A DNA stretch of 64,000 bases from Chiloscyllium plagiosum (Eukaryota). A program made the position numbers and the translations under genes. The first letter of the stretch is position 1; every line of letters begins with the position of its first letter. The notes under the pieces were generated by a model that saw nothing but the letters and a program-made list of their open reading frames with translations, was not told where the DNA came from and ran no database searches. The stretch lies in NCBI RefSeq assembly GCF_004010195.1, contig NC_057719.1, forward strand, positions 24,529,465-24,593,464, given 5' to 3'. Shown here one piece after another: positions 38,711-52,470 of this stretch.

Positions 38711-38948
38711 CCTAGGAAAAAGTGAGGACTGCAGATGCTGGAGATCAGAGTCGAGTGTGTGGTGCTGGTAAAGCACAGCAGGTCAGGCAGCATCCAAGGA
38801 GCAGGAGAATCGATGTTTTGGGCATAAGCCCTTCATCAGGAATAAAGGGCTTATGATTCCTGATGAAGGGTTTATGCCCGAAATATCGATTCTCATGCTC
38901 CTCAGATGCTGCCTGACCTCTGTGCTTTTCCAGCACCCTCCTCTCAAC
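38711..38948. mobile_element. Penelope-derived inverted-pair element, family A
   Basis: ATTC-CTGATGA-AGGG cores on both strands (~38807-38843 minus, ~38856-38892 plus); flanks CTCTGATTGA and CTGTGATTGA. Confidence 0.85.
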
Positions 38949-41559
38949 TGTGATTGAACAATTAATTCATATTTAATTTACTTTGATTCTGGTTTGTGTT
39001 AAAGCTACACAGTTTGAAATATTGTTTGCGTCAGCTGTTAACTTTGGTTATTTTGGTTAATGTTTTTTCCCACAGGGAGCATAAAACTACTTTGGAAAAG
39101 ATCAGGGAAGTTAGCACAGGTCAGCAATCTAACCTGGGCTCTTGTGAGACTGCATGGCCCCTGATAAACCTTTTAGCTTTCAGAGTCAGCGACAGTCAAG
39201 AATATATTTTTAGGACTAGATTCAGTTATGCACTGCAGACTGTGTAAGGCTGTCTGAATCAATATGAGGGGAAGGACTTTTAAAATGATGAGTGAATTGA
39301 ATTTTAAAAAATAATTTTCTACTAACTGGATTGTATGACTGAGATTTATGGCTAATCTATTTGAAAGGAGTTGTTTAAGCATTAAAATAACTGAATGAAG
39401 TTAAATATCTCTCAAACTTCAGGGTCTCAGAAATATTCCATTCAGCAACAATAAAAGATTGAAAACTGCAGTTTTGTTCCTTTCTAATTAAGGTAATGGA
39501 GAATGTTTTCCTTTTCCCTTTCTGAGCTTTCTGGATCGCATGGGAACAGCACGTAACACAAAATGACGTCTGTGCAATTGAATGCTTATATTGGAACCTC
39601 TGGCCTAATGTTTTTACTTCATCTACCTGAATGAATAGAAAACTATGTGCACCCATTTCAGGGGCTGTGATGTAGCAAGATAAAAATGGAACCTGTTTGG
39701 ATTGTCAGGTGCTATGTTATTTAACTGCTACAATCTCCATTCTACCTCTGGTAGGTAAAAAGATCTCCACTGCGACTCCTATACGAAATATCAGTAAAGA
39801 GGGAATTTATGGTTCACTTTCTAATCTTCTGCTGGTGTTCTTGTTATGCCTTAGGATTGCTTAGTTACATCAGTTAGTGGTTTCTGAGCCAGTGATGACA
39901 ATGCCCCCAAAGTCCCAGATGGAGAAAAGTACCTTGTGGTAGCCTTTACTTCCATAACACGTCCCTTCCAGTACTTAACGATTCCTCCCTACCTCTAACC
40001 TCCAACTATCCTGCAAACCTCTTATCTTCCTTTGCGCATCGAATTCTGGCCTCTTGAAAACCCTGGTTTTAATCATTGCAGTATTGATGGATAGTAAGAG
40101 TCATTTCAGACTGTGGCAGGGGCAGAAACTTGATAGGAGGAATTCCAGAAAAGAGTTCTCAGAAAAGTAGGCAGAAATTTGGGAAATGAGAAAATGCTCA
40201 ATGACTTTGGGCAGTTGGAGATAGAGCGGGAGTTTGCAAACATGTAGTTTTGAACATTAGGGTAATGGTGGTAGAGTTAAAGGAAAGATGAACAACAGAA
40301 TAAAAGCATGGAGACCCTAATAGTAATGTGAGGAGGATGAGGGGAAGTTGGGTGACCAGTAATTTAGCTGAAATAGCCTGGAGGAAGTAAGAGGTGCATC
40401 TTCTGAAAAAGTTAAGCTTGGGGAACATGTGAACAGAGATTGGGGAGGTGCTGGAGAAAGATGAAAGTTCAGGGCTCAGACAGTAGGAGACTTCACCAGA
40501 AGTTCATTCCGGTGCACTTGTGAGACAGCAGAACACAACAGAGACAACCGATCAGGAGAGCTTCGTCTTAGTGATGAAAATGTCATGAGTTCCTTGCACA
40601 TTTTGATGATGATGAGGATAGAGAAGGCAAAGGAAAGGGGTCGAAGAAGATGTTTTGCAGAACAGTGATGGAGTAGGTTAGTGATAAAGGCAAATTTTCC
40701 AAGTAGAATAACTGACAGTGTAACAATGCAAATGTTGTGTTTATTGCCCAGCAGAAGGACTGGTGTGATAACTCCAAAGTTTAATTCAAGCTATCTAATT
40801 ACCTGTTCACTAACTTTCAGTATGAATTTGGTGAATGGAATCATCCTGCCTCCGAATTTTCGAGTTCAGCTATTACTTTTGAGAACATACATGCTTTGTT
40901 AATGGGAAAACAGATAATTGTATCAACTGATAAGTACAGGAAGGAACAGGAATGCCAACTCACTGGATTTGCTTTGACACTGTGTGAGATTGTAAAATGG
41001 GTTTTAACGAATCAAAAGCATGTTTTGTATATCTCCCAAATTTTATTCACATTGACTTTAATGAATTGGAATGGACTGTCACAGCATCATTTTTGTACCT
41101 GTAGATTTCTGAAAAATTAACACTTTATATTTTAATTAAAACTCCATGAAAATTGGACAACCTGCATTGTAACAAGATGGAGTCAGGTGATCAGGTGACC
41201 TTGTCTGCAAAGACATGTGATATCTGCCTGAAGTTGGGCATTAGATTGACTATTCAAGAAATTGAAATGTGAATGATGGCTGAATCGTTTCTTTAGATAA
41301 ATACTGGTTACGTTAAATTTTGAGTTCCAACAAGGCTTGGTGAGCTTTCCAGGAGCATCTTATCAAAGTTGCTTTATTAACTACTTAGCCAGCCTTGTGG
41401 CACCTCATTCATCCAATTCTAATCCCATTCTACCAGGCACCATATCTGGAACAACTGCCGGTGTATCCTAGAATGGATCTACATTCTTGGCACCAACTTT
41501 AAAAGGCTACTTTGCACCCAAGCAAGCATTGTTAGTCAGGAGTTCTTTGCATGATTCCT

Positions 41560-42900
41560 GACTCTTGCCCCAGTCAAGGCAGCAAAGGGAAAATTTGCAT
41601 CTGCTTTGAGAGCAGGAGCCTGCTGGTTTGATTGTGTAAATGTAAAGGCCTTTTTTTTCAGGATTTTGGGATATTTTTGAAATAGGAAATGGTTCTTTTA
41701 GCAAAGGTTGAAGAAGGGAATTGCAGCAGTTTGAAAAGAAAATTAACAGCACTGATTGTAAGTGCTGTTTACATTGCTGCTTGATTAGATCAGATTTCCT
41801 ACAGTATGGAAACAGGCCCTTCGGCCCAACAAGTCCACACCGACCCTCTGAAGAGCAACCCACCCAGACCTATGCCCCTACATTTGCCCCAACAAATATA
41901 CCTAACACTATAGGCAATTTAGCATGGCCAATTCACCTAACCTGCACATCTTTGGATTGCGGGAGGAAACCTACGCAGACACGGGTAGAATGTGCAAATT
42001 CCACACAGACAGTCGCCTGAGGTGAGAACTGAACCCGGGTCCCCGGTGCTGTGAGGCAGCAGCGCTAACCACTGAGCTACTGTGCTACTTGTTGAAGCAG
42101 TAGGTAAAGTTTACTGCAGATGGACTGGCACCAGCAGGTGTGTACAAAGTGAGATTCAGCCAGCAACAAGTAACTGATTGGTCTGTAGAGTGATGACTCA
42201 TTGTCAATAACAAAGGTTCTCGCTGCTAACAACTAGGTGATTGGTTCCCAAGAGGCTGAACAGCTTTTGATTTGAGCGATGCTGCCAAAAATGTTGAGAC
42301 CTCCAAAAGGAGAGGTAGTGTCACCACTGCAGTAAAGTAATTCCTTAAATCTGAAGAGGGTACTTTATTTTCCGTCCCCAGTTGCTAACCTGGCTTTCAA
42401 TCAGTAACTAAGAGACTTTGTAATTTGTGAGCAAGTTGCACTCTCTCTCCTGCAAGGAAGTGAAAAATACCAGCAGAAAGGAGATCAAACAACAGAAAGT
42501 CCTGACAATTAAAAGGATCATCTTAGCAAACCATATGGAAAGGTCCATTGAACTGCTTCCTCAGTTTTTCCCTCCGCAGATTACACCAGTTTTTTTTGTG
42601 TCCATATATGTGTGTATGGGAAGTTTTGCAAGGGGTTAGAATTTTACCTAGTTATATGTCACAGTTTATAGTTGTTTACCTGTAGCTAAAGTCTAACCAT
42701 TTATAATAAATAAGTAATTATTTTAGGCGTGGAAACATACTCCATCCTTTCTGTTAACCTGAGTCGAAAAAGACAGGCAAATTAGGGAAATTTGTATACA
42801 GTAATAAAACCTTTAACTTTTGTGATGTTCTGTGAACAATGAGAATTGATTTTCAGTGCACTACCCTAGTGAGATGTATAAATGGGTGGGGTATCCTCTT
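41560..42900 (+). repeat. Dispersed LTR-like repeat, related to ~58380-58800
   Basis: Shared blocks GAGATTCAGCYRGCAACAAGTA.CT.ATTGGTCT, GTCAATAACAAAGG and GATTGGTTCC. AATAAA near 42706. Classification as LTR is tentative. Confidence 0.5.
41783..42085 (-). mobile_element. HE1-type SINE
   Basis: tRNA-like head on the minus strand, GATTAGATCAGATT tail, flanks TGCTGCTTG and TGCTACTTG. Confidence 0.88.
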
Positions 42901-44399
42901 CCACCAGACTGGCATTGGAGGCCACAATGCTATGCTATGCCAACCTTCTCCCAGGTTTCCTACCAGGTTAGTGCAGTCTAAGCCATCTGGAGGAATGTGC
43001 AACAGAGCAAACAGCAAGTCAGTGTCTTTCTCCACGCTGCTTGCATGAGAGCTGACATCTTCTCTCCGATACAGCGCACACACTCAATCCCTGCTACTGC
43101 AGTCACCTCCCATCAAGGTACATGCTCTACACTCTCATTGTTGCCTGCAGAATTTTCCCTTACTCGCTGACAGCCACCCCAACCACACAGACGTACACAC
43201 AGACACACACACAAACCCTGCATGCCCTCTGTGTTGCCTACTCACTCAGGTCACCCCCCTCACCCACACCAAACAAAAGCAGCTGCACCACCCACTTTCA
43301 TCTTCCTTAATACCTGTCCCTTTCCTATTCCAGGAGACAAATAGCCCACAGTAGTTCAGAAAGAATCAAGATAGTTGCTGATAGGCTGACTAACATTTGG
43401 CTCATGACCCCTTATGAGAAGAGAACCCTTACTATGAATGCCTCAAGCAACCAATAGACATTGATGCCCAAAGACTGAGATCTGAGGTTGCCCTTAATGT
43501 ACTCTGTCTCAGCCAAAGACTATCTCCCTTGACTTAACTGAGGACTCCAGACAACCATAACAAGCTTATGGGCTTTGTGTCTGCACTGAATGGCAGGCCA
43601 ATGCTATAAGCCTGGTATCCCTGGCTAAGGGACAACATGCAAAAAGCAAAGCAGGTAGTGCTATGACTATCCAGGTAGGCTAATAGTGAGTAAGGGCTAA
43701 GAGAGCAAGCAAACAGTCCGAAGATGCAGCTTGGGCCAGTGTATGAGCTGTCCATTGTTTCCACAGGTGCAGAAGTACCCTTACTGCAGCAATACAAAGA
43801 TAGTTGTCTTTGCTTCTTGAGATGCAACATTGAAGTGTAGAAGCAGGCTGCAAAAAGATCAGAAATGTGCCGTGATTATTTGTAGAGGCTGGCAATGTCA
43901 GATGCCAATATCCATGGACAGGGGGTGTCTATGGCCAGGACCTTTAGAGCGTGCCCTGAGATGTCCGTGCCAGATGTTCAACATGGTGGTCTTTTGGGGC
44001 AAATTGTCATGTACCAGTCATGACTTCCATGTCAAAAGTTCTCCGCATCCATTTTGCTCTTGATTGGCAGTACAATAGAAAGCTGCATACTAATGAGGTA
44101 AGATATGCACTTAATAAGGTCGCTAGCAAGTAATAACCCTCTTAATAGGCAACTTGCTGATGCCTAGTGAGAATCTTTCTTCATAGCCCAAAATTTTGTT
44201 AAAAGTTGCAAAACGTTGTTATCCAACATCGAGACAGGCCTGGCTGGATTTCTCATCTGTTTCTGCCACATTCCTCACCACAGCCCATGGTATTCAGGCC
44301 CCTATAATATTCTCCCCAAACTCTTGGAACTTTGAGTAGACATCAAAAATGCAGCAGATCTCTGCTGTGAATTTAACAGCAATATTGTCCAAATGCTGC

Positions 44400-45320
44400 T
44401 AGATATAATGTGTGGAGTGCCAAAGTGATCAGTGCTGGGGTCTCAGCATTTTGCAATCTATATTAATTGCTTTGAGAAAGGACTGAAAAGGATGAGAAAT
44501 TTATTTATGACACAAAGGCATGTAGGTAAGTAAATTGTGAAGAGGACATAAGGAGGCCACAAAAATATCTATATTTTGTAAGTGATGGGCAAGGATGTAG
44601 CAAATGGAATATAATGTGGAAAAATGTGAAATTATTTATTTTGGCAGGAAGAATAAAAAAAATGCAAGTTATCTAAATGGTGAGAGATTTTAGAGCTCCA
44701 GTATGCAGAGGGATCTTAATATTCCAGTGCATGGATCCCAGAAGGTTATTACGCAGGTACAGCAAGTAATTCGTAAAACAAATAGAACTTTATCATTTAA
44801 TGCAAGGGCAATTGAATACAAAAGTAGGAAGGTTATGCTTTAATTATACAGGGCATAAGTGAGAGCACGTTTGGAGTCCTGTGTACAGTATTAGCCTTGC
44901 TAATTAAGGAAGGGTGCAAAGGCATTGGAAGCAATTCACAGAAAGTTTACGATGCTAGTATTTGGATTGGGTGAGTTGATTTTTGAGGAAAGGTTGGACA
45001 GGCTAGATTTGTCTTTGTAAGAATAAAATGTAATTGAAACATATAAAATCCTGAGGGTTTAACAGAATGCACATGGAAGGGATGTTTCCTTTGAGAAATT
45101 CTAGAAATAGTAGGTTACTGTAAAAATAAAGCATCACCCATTTAGCACAGAGATGAGAATTTTGTTTATTACAGACCATGGTATGTCATAAGAACTCTCA
45201 TCAGTGGATGGATTCTTGATAAGTAATGGGTTGAAAGGTTATCAGGCATGCACAGGAAGGTATAACTGAATACAGAGCAGGTTTGAGGGGTCAGTGGCTC
45301 TTAATCCATATGTATTGAAT
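44400..45320 (+). mobile_element. Old CR1 RT and 3' fragment
   Basis: Degenerate GVP..SVLG, QMEYNVEKCE and GIEYKSR motifs. Confidence 0.75.
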
Positions 45321-47094
45321 TGTACAGTTCAGAGCAAGTTGTCCATGAGAGTGAGGATTATTAATGGGCTGTTGATGTTTACCACCATCTTGTCGACTCC
45401 CCCCCCATCTGATGATGACAAATCATTTAATGAGTATGGGGAAATTTGTCTCCAATAGGGATGACATCCCTGATATTTAAATGAATGACAGTTGAATGAC
45501 ATGTAACCCCGTTTTCTGGGTTTCACAGTCAGTGCACAGGTTTCTTGAGCTACCTGGAACTCACGAGAGCCAGCAAGGTGTCAGAGTAGCAGGTGTCAAA
45601 GTCAATGTGTCAAAAACATTAAATACTGAATCAGATCAGTTGTTTTCCTTGCCTAAGTGACAATCGTTTGCACAATGGTCTTGTTTCTTGGATGTACTTC
45701 CATTGCTTTGGAGATGATCAGAAAAGAAAGAATGTGAAGGGCGAGGAGTAAAGTTGGGAAGGTGCACTGGATATTCCAACTGGATATTCCCATGAAGTAG
45801 CTCCTGAACATGTGTAACTTTAAGCAAAAGGCGCCATCATTCATTCACAAAGAATTTATTATGTCAGTGATTTCAAATTTTCCTGACCTCTGGTAAGCCA
45901 TACATTCTTTTGTTTACAGTTTAAAATTTGTTCTATCTTCTGTGCAGCTTCATTCTCCTCCCTGCTTCCAGAAGGTTGCCTCTTCACCATTCCCCTAACC
46001 CACCATCTGTCTTGCAGACACATTTTACACCAATTGCAGCCTTCCCATCTTCCCCACATACCTTACAGCATCCCTGCTGCAAGTCCTCTCTCCTCCCACC
46101 ACCCTTGCAGCCTCCCCCTGTCCCTTAATGACTTAGCCATCCCCTCCTTTACCCCACAACCCACTTTGCACCCTTGGCCAAACCCCTTTGTAGTTTCTCC
46201 CTCTCTTCCACACTCCTTGTGGCCTCTTCCCTCTTACAGTCTTTGCTACCCAACCCTCTGTTCAGCCTCTTCCTCTTTCCATCACCTATTGAGCCTCTTC
46301 CTCCCTGACATAGCAGACAACCCCAGAACCAGCAACTGGAACTTCTGACAGTCACCCTAGTGAGTCTGTTAACAACACAAGTGTAAGATTGTTGAGATTT
46401 TGGGGGTAAATTCTCCAGCTGTGCCCTGTGCAGTGCCTCTGGAAAGGCTGATAGAATGGCAGGCATTTTCTGTTGCAGTTCCCGAATAGTTCTCTGAATG
46501 GATAACACTTGAGGCTCTGCGTCCACGTCCAGCTTGAGTGTCTTGGCCACTTTCTAAAAGCTAATCAGAACAAACTAACCAAAAAGTTATCCCAATATCC
46601 GTAGGAGGGAAATATGTAATTAAAGATAAAGCTATTAAATACTTAAAGAAAGAGAAAATGGTTAGAAGCAGGCAGCTTGGATTTTTAGGAAGTAAATTCA
46701 CATTTGCCAACTTGATAAGTGTTCTTTGTGATGGCATTAAATGTACTGGATAGTGAAAATGCAGAGCATGTGGTATACGTGGACTTTGAGGAGGCCTACG
46801 TGAAGCCACCCAGAAAAATTCTGTACATTATAGGTTTTCAGTAGTAAAAAAATTGGATTGACAACTCACCGGAAGGAAAGAAATAGAATAGGAGCAAAGG
46901 ACAGTTTATTAGGATACTTTGAAAAGGGTTACTTGTCCCCTACAGTTCCATCCTATTTCTGCATTGTAATTTCTTATTTACTTTATACTTATATACAAAT
47001 AAAACTGGTGTAATATGATATTCATGTTTAATTTTTTTTCATTTCCTAAACCTTCTGCTACACACTGTACTAGAAATGATCCATAATTAACCAT

Positions 47095-47450
47095 ATACAT
47101 ACATAAAACTAGGAGCAGGAGTAGGCCATCTGTCCCTTTGAGCCTGCTCTGCCATTCAATAAGATCATGGCTGATCTTTACGTGGACTCAGCTCCACTTT
47201 CCCACTCTCTCACCTTAACCCTTAATTCCTTTACTGTTTAAAAAAATTATCTGTCTTAGCTTTAAAAACATTTACTGAGGAAGCTTCAACCACTTCACTA
47301 GGCAGAGAATTCCATAGATTTACAACCCTCTGGGTGAAGAAGTTCCTTCTCAACTCAGTCCTAAATCTGCTCCCCCTAATGTTGAGGCTATGCCCTCTTG
47401 TCCTAGTTTCACCTGCCAGTGGAAACATCCTCTCTACATCTATCTTATAG
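47095..47450 (-). mobile_element. CR1 LINE 3' end fragment
   Basis: RMFPLAGETRTRGHSL..RRNFFTQRVVNLWNSLP. Confidence 0.88.
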
Positions 47451-48254
47451 GAACAGTTCATGTAGATATCTCCTTAAATGTGAGCCAATTCTTCATTTGT
47501 AATTTCTTTCCTAAAAGATTCAGTTCTTTCTTATTTCTTTCAACCTTTATTTCACAGCTGCATCCTTTATTTCCTTCAACAAATTTCCAATCAACTCTGA
47601 CCCTGATTGACGTAAAAGGCCAATAAATTGAGGATGGAAGTCAGTGGAGACAAATATTGGAAGAGACGTTTATTGTGTGGTTGAGGTGATGTCATCTTTC
47701 TGACAGTTTTGTGTAAGGTCAAAATTACCCCCCATTGAGTGTAAACGACTAAATACAAATAAGCTCTAACTCTGACAGTATTAAGCAATTATCACCCTTC
47801 ATCATACAAGGCTTGTTTTTGTCTATCAAAAACATGGTGTCCGATTAGTCATGGAAAATATTTGATTTTTGTTCAACTCTTTTGACAGTCTTGAACTCAA
47901 TTGCAACTTTAAGAATAAATTCTATTTTCTAATTACATTCCTTTTACATTTTAGAAAGTGTAGTAATGAATTATGCATATGCTGAAGCATTCTCTTAATT
48001 TGCTATAAAAACATGAAGAATATTGTCTTAAAATTGCGATTGTTACATTGCTAATGGTTAACCATAGATGATAACAATTTATCTTTGTTTCCCAAGTCAA
48101 TTGTATTCATGGCATTCCATTACCATTTTGACATTTATAGTTAATGTATAGTGTGATTATGTGAAAATGTCAACTTTAAATGTTCAGTCTATAATTTTAA
48201 TTAAAACACATTGTGGCGACATCTTACATATTGTTTTACAGATTGTCTATTGCT

Positions 48255-48410
48255 AATCATAGAATCCCGTCAGTATGGAAACAGGCCCTTCTGCCCAACA
48301 AATTCATACTGACCCTCTTAAGAGGATCCCACCCAAATCCATTCCTCTACCAAATTACTCCACATTTACCCCTAACTGACACATCCCTGAACACTATGTG
48401 CAATTTATGC
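48255..48410 (-). mobile_element. HE1-type SINE 3' fragment
   Basis: ATAGAATCCC...GGAAACAGGCCCTT tail region shared with the other copies. Confidence 0.7.
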
Positions 48411-48572
48411 TAAATTTAATAAGATTTCATTTCAGTTTACAGTTAGTCTCCAGAAGGAAACAAAAATGAAAAACTAACTGTTTTGATGGAAAGGTTTATA
48501 CAACAGATTCACTAGTCCAGAAATTACTTGTATAAAAATGTACTGGAATTATACTTGAAGGGAAGACATTAT

Positions 48573-48895
48573 GGGTGGCATGGGGCTCAGTGCTGCTTTA
48601 CAGCGCCAGGGACCTGGGTTTGATTCCAGCCTCGGGCGACTGTCTGTGTGGAGTTTTCACTTTCTTCCTGCATCTGCATGGTTTCCTTCAGGTGCTCTGG
48701 TTTCTTCCAACAATCCAAACATGTGGAGTTTAGGTAAATTGGCCGTGCTAAATTGTCCTTCATGTTCAGGGATGTGTTAGTTAGGGGTAAATGTTGAGTA
48801 ATTTGGAAGGAGAATGGATTTGGGATACTCTTTGGAGGGTTGGTGTGGACTTGCTGGGCCGAAGGGCCTGCTTCCACATTGAAGGGATTCTATCA
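48573..48895 (+). mobile_element. HE1-type SINE
   Basis: Degenerate A box, B box GGTTTGATTCC, shared body and GGGATTCTAT tail. Confidence 0.82.
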
Positions 48896-49249
48896 GATAA
48901 AATTTCAAGTGTTCCTGTGTGCATATGCAGATCTTTCACTAAATGTCCTATATTTTAAGCAATTACAAGGGGCCTCCTCTGGATTAAAGTGCATAATGCA
49001 CATGTAAAGTTTTAATGCCAGAACAATTGATGCATAAAAGGGGGACAAAACATAGTAGTTAATATGTTGTTATATGCCCTTGAACTGCATATAATTTGGC
49101 ATTAAAATTCACATCTCCAGTAAGATTAAGTTGATTGTGTGACACTGTGATGAAACCCCCCCCCATGAAACAATTGGTTTTGTGACTGAGCACAATGAGG
49201 AATGCATTCAATGGTCCCCTCGCAATCAGTGTCCAAGAGAGCTGAGCAG

Positions 49250-50645
49250 GGAAAAAGTGAGATCAGAGTCGAGTGTGTGGTGGCAGAAAAGCATAGCAGG
49301 TCAGGCAGCATCCGAGGAGCAGGAGAATCGACATTTCGGGCATAAGCCCTTCATCAGATAAATGGGTAGGTGTGAGGGTGGGGGGAAGGTAGCTGAGAGT
49401 GCGATAGGTAGACAAAGGTGGGGGGAATAGTGATAGGTCAGAGAGTAGGGTGGAGCGGATAGGTGGGAAGGAATATGGACAGGTAGGACTGGTCGTGAGG
49501 GCGGTGCCGAGTTAGAAGGTTGGATCTGGGATAATGTGGGGGGAGGTGAAATGAGGAAACTGGTGAAGTCCACATTAATCCTATGTGGTTGGAGGGTCCC
49601 ATGGCGGAAGATGAGGCGTTCCTCCTCCTGGCGTCTGTTGGTTGGGGTTTGGCGATGGAGGAGGCCAGTACCTGCGTGTCCTTGGCAGAGTGGGAGGGGG
49701 AGTAAAGTTTTCGGCCAGGGGGTGGTGGGGTTGCTTTGTGCATGTGTCCCAGAAATGTTCTCTGAAGCATTCTGCGAGTAGGCGTCCTGTGTCCCCATGT
49801 AGAGGAGACTGCATCGGGAGCAGTGGATACAGTAAATGACGTGTGGAAGTGGGAGTAAAACTCCGATGGCTGTGGAAGACTCCTTTGGGGCCTTAGACAG
49901 AGATGGGGGAGGGGTGTGGATGCAGGTATTACACTTCCTGCAATAGCAGGGGAAGGTGCCGGGAGGGGAGGGTGGGTTGGTGGGGGGCATGGACTTGACT
50001 GGAGTCGTGGAGGGAGTGGTTTTTATGGAATGCAGATACTGATGGGGAGGGAAATATATCAGTGGTGGTTTGTAGGTGGCAGAAATGACGGAGGATGATA
50101 CTATGTACAAGGAGGTCGGTGGTGTGGAAGGTGAGGACCAGGGGGTTCTGTCCTCATTGTGGTTGGAGGCATGTAGTTTGAGAGCGGAAGTGTGGTAAGT
50201 GGATGAGATGCGCTTGTGGGCATCATTGACCACGTGGGAGGGGAAATTGCAGTCTTTGAAAAAGGAGGCCATCTGGTATTTTCTGTGGTGGAATTGGTTC
50301 CTCCTGGGAGCAAATGCAGCAGAAGCAGAGGAATTGGGAAAAAGGGATTGCGTTTTCTACAGGGTAGGCCGAGGTGTAGTCCAGGTAGCTGTGGGAGTCG
50401 GTGGGTTTGTAGAAGATTCAGTGTTGATTCAGTGATGGAAATAGATACGTCCAGGAAGGCGAGGGAGGTGTCCGAGATAGTCCAGGTGAACTTGCGATCG
50501 GGGTGGAACATGTTGGTGAAATTGATGAACTGTTCAACCTCCTCATGGAAACATGAGGTGGTGCCGATACAGTCCTCAGTGTAATGGAGGAAAAGGTGGG
50601 GAATGGTGCCAGTGTAGCTGTGGAAGGTGGACTGTTCCACAGGCT
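49250..50645 (-). mobile_element. Penelope-like retroelement, 5' truncated (RT C-terminus, GIY-YIG endonuclease, terminal repeat with hammerhead)
   Basis: FLHYTEDCIG (decayed YIDD) and FLDVSIS; CNTCIH; VIYCIHCSRCSLLYMG then frameshifted GDTGRLLAECFREH; ERLIFRHGTLQPHRIN. Perfect 11-bp TSD GAGCTGAGCAG at 49239-49249 and 50646-50656. Confidence 0.88.
49325..49357 (-). ncRNA. Hammerhead ribozyme core, family A, in the Penelope terminal repeat
   Basis: Minus strand CTGATGA-A-GGGC-TTAT-GCCC-GAAA-T-GTC-GATTC. Confidence 0.75.
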
Positions 50646-50869
50646 GAGCTGAGCAGCCTAGGTAATCAGGTATTGCCAAAAATATATTGTTTGGATTCAC
50701 CCCTGTAGTTCCCATCAGCAATATCTGGGGTGAACTAAAGAGCAGTCATCCACAAATTAACAATTTAATAAGAAAGTTGGCACCGTGTCATTTCAGTTCA
50801 GAAATCTCCAGACAATATTTTCAATCTGGCTGATACTGTTCTTGCCCATCAAGGTCAACATGGTTCTCA

Positions 50870-51870
50870 ATGTTATAATGTTTCCATCGAGAAGACCACC
50901 ATTATTCCAGTACCAAAGAACACACATGCAACGGGCCCAACAGCTACTGCCCCGTGACCCTGGCCTCCATAATTATGAAGTGCTTCAAGAGCTTAGCCAT
51001 GGCTCACATTACCTCTAGCCTCCCAGCCTGACTCAATCCTTTGTAATTTGCCTACTGGCCCAACAGGTCCACAGCTGATGCCACTTCTGTAGTCCTACAC
51101 TCATCTCTGGAACATCTGGATGATAAGGACACCTATGTCAGGCTTCTACTTATTGACTATAGCTCCATCTTAGACACGATAATCCCAATCAAACGAATCT
51201 TCAAACTCTGAGACCCACATCTCACTCCACCCTCTGCAATTGAACCCTCAGCTTCCTGACCCACAGACAAGATCAGTGAACATAGACAACAGCACCTCCT
51301 CCACCATAATCCTCAACATTGGCGCCCCACAAGGATGCATAGTCAGTCCCCTACTGTGCTTCCTGTGCACTCAGAACAGTCTGGCCAAATATCATCCAAA
51401 TACCAGCTACAAGTTCACTGATGACACCACCATTGTAGGCCAATATCAAACAATAATGAGTCAGAAGATAGAAGGCTTGGTATTATGGTGCAAAGATAAC
51501 AATCTCTCCCTCAATGTCAGCAAAACTAAAGAACTGATCATCGACTTCAGGAAGAAAGGAAGAGGACATATGTCTATCTACATCAACAGAGCTGAGGTGG
51601 AGAGGGTTGAGAACATCAAATTCTTCGGAGTGACGATAATCAACAATCTGTCCTGGTTCACCCATGTCGATGTGACGGTCAGCAAGGCACAACAATACCT
51701 CTTATTCCTCAGGAGGCGTAGGAAATTCGGCCATGAGGACCCTCACCAACTTTTACAGATGCGCCATAGAAAGCATTCTACCTGGATGCATCACTGCTTG
51801 GTATGGCAACTGCTCTGTCCAGGACCATAAGAAACTACAGAAAACTGTATGTACAGCCCAGACCATCACT
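50870..51870 (+). mobile_element. Rex1/Babar-type LINE RT fragment
   Basis: [43 protein letters not shown] and LNVSKTKELIIDFRK. Confidence 0.82.
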
Positions 51871-52054
51871 GCTTGATCCTTAGAAGTATGAAGAATAATT
51901 GTGTACAAGCACTTACGAATAATCCTGTCACATGTTTGGGCAGAAAAGTTCTACTTGTTCAAGAGCAACTGGAACTGAATGACACAAGGTAACACCTAGT
52001 TTCCTCATAGTGCAGATGACAGTTTTCTGTGTCAGGAAGTAGGTAGATGAAATA

Positions 52055-52470
52055 CAAAAAAAGAACTTGTCTTTATCCAGCACCTTTTATGGTCTCAGAA
52101 CTTACCAATGTTCTTCACAGCCAAATAAGTACGTTGGAAATGTAATCAGCTGCGGGGAAACATACCAGTCAATTTGTGCCTGTTAATTGATAGCAGCTAA
52201 AGAAGCAAAAAACCTCATTTAGAGATGTTAGTTGTCATCACTTTTGGACAGGACACTGCAGGAACTTCTCCATTCTAGTTAAAAGATCTTTTATGTGAGA
52301 ACAGTCGAGGTCTCAGTTTCAGATGGTACCTAAAAGATGGTACTTCCAAAAAATACAACATTCCCTTCAGTATTACACTGCGATGTCAGCCTTCAATATG
52401 TGCACAAGACTTTGGAGTAGGATTTGAAAATTTCTGACTCAAAGAAGCTGCTACCTCTGAACCACTGCTA
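52055..52470 (-). mobile_element. DeuSINE (SacSINE1/AmnSINE1-like), decayed
   Basis: Resembles, from memory, the reverse complement of the Deu domain (AAAGATGG.AC.TCC...CAGTA.T.CACTG..TGTCAGCCT...GGAGT.GGA.TTGAA...TTCTGACTCA) with an L2-like tail at ~52060. Confidence 0.6.

Noticed and set aside
42950..44320. Possible Harbinger remnants here and at ~45500-46560
   Set aside because: Composition is suggestive but I could not read any diagnostic motif reliably, so they are not annotated.
46149..46550. Protein-like 133-aa minus-strand ORF
   Set aside because: No recognisable family and no convincing donor site. It spans GGGGGTAAATTCTCC at ~46402, which looks like a DNA-transposon terminus, so it is probably a chance ORF.
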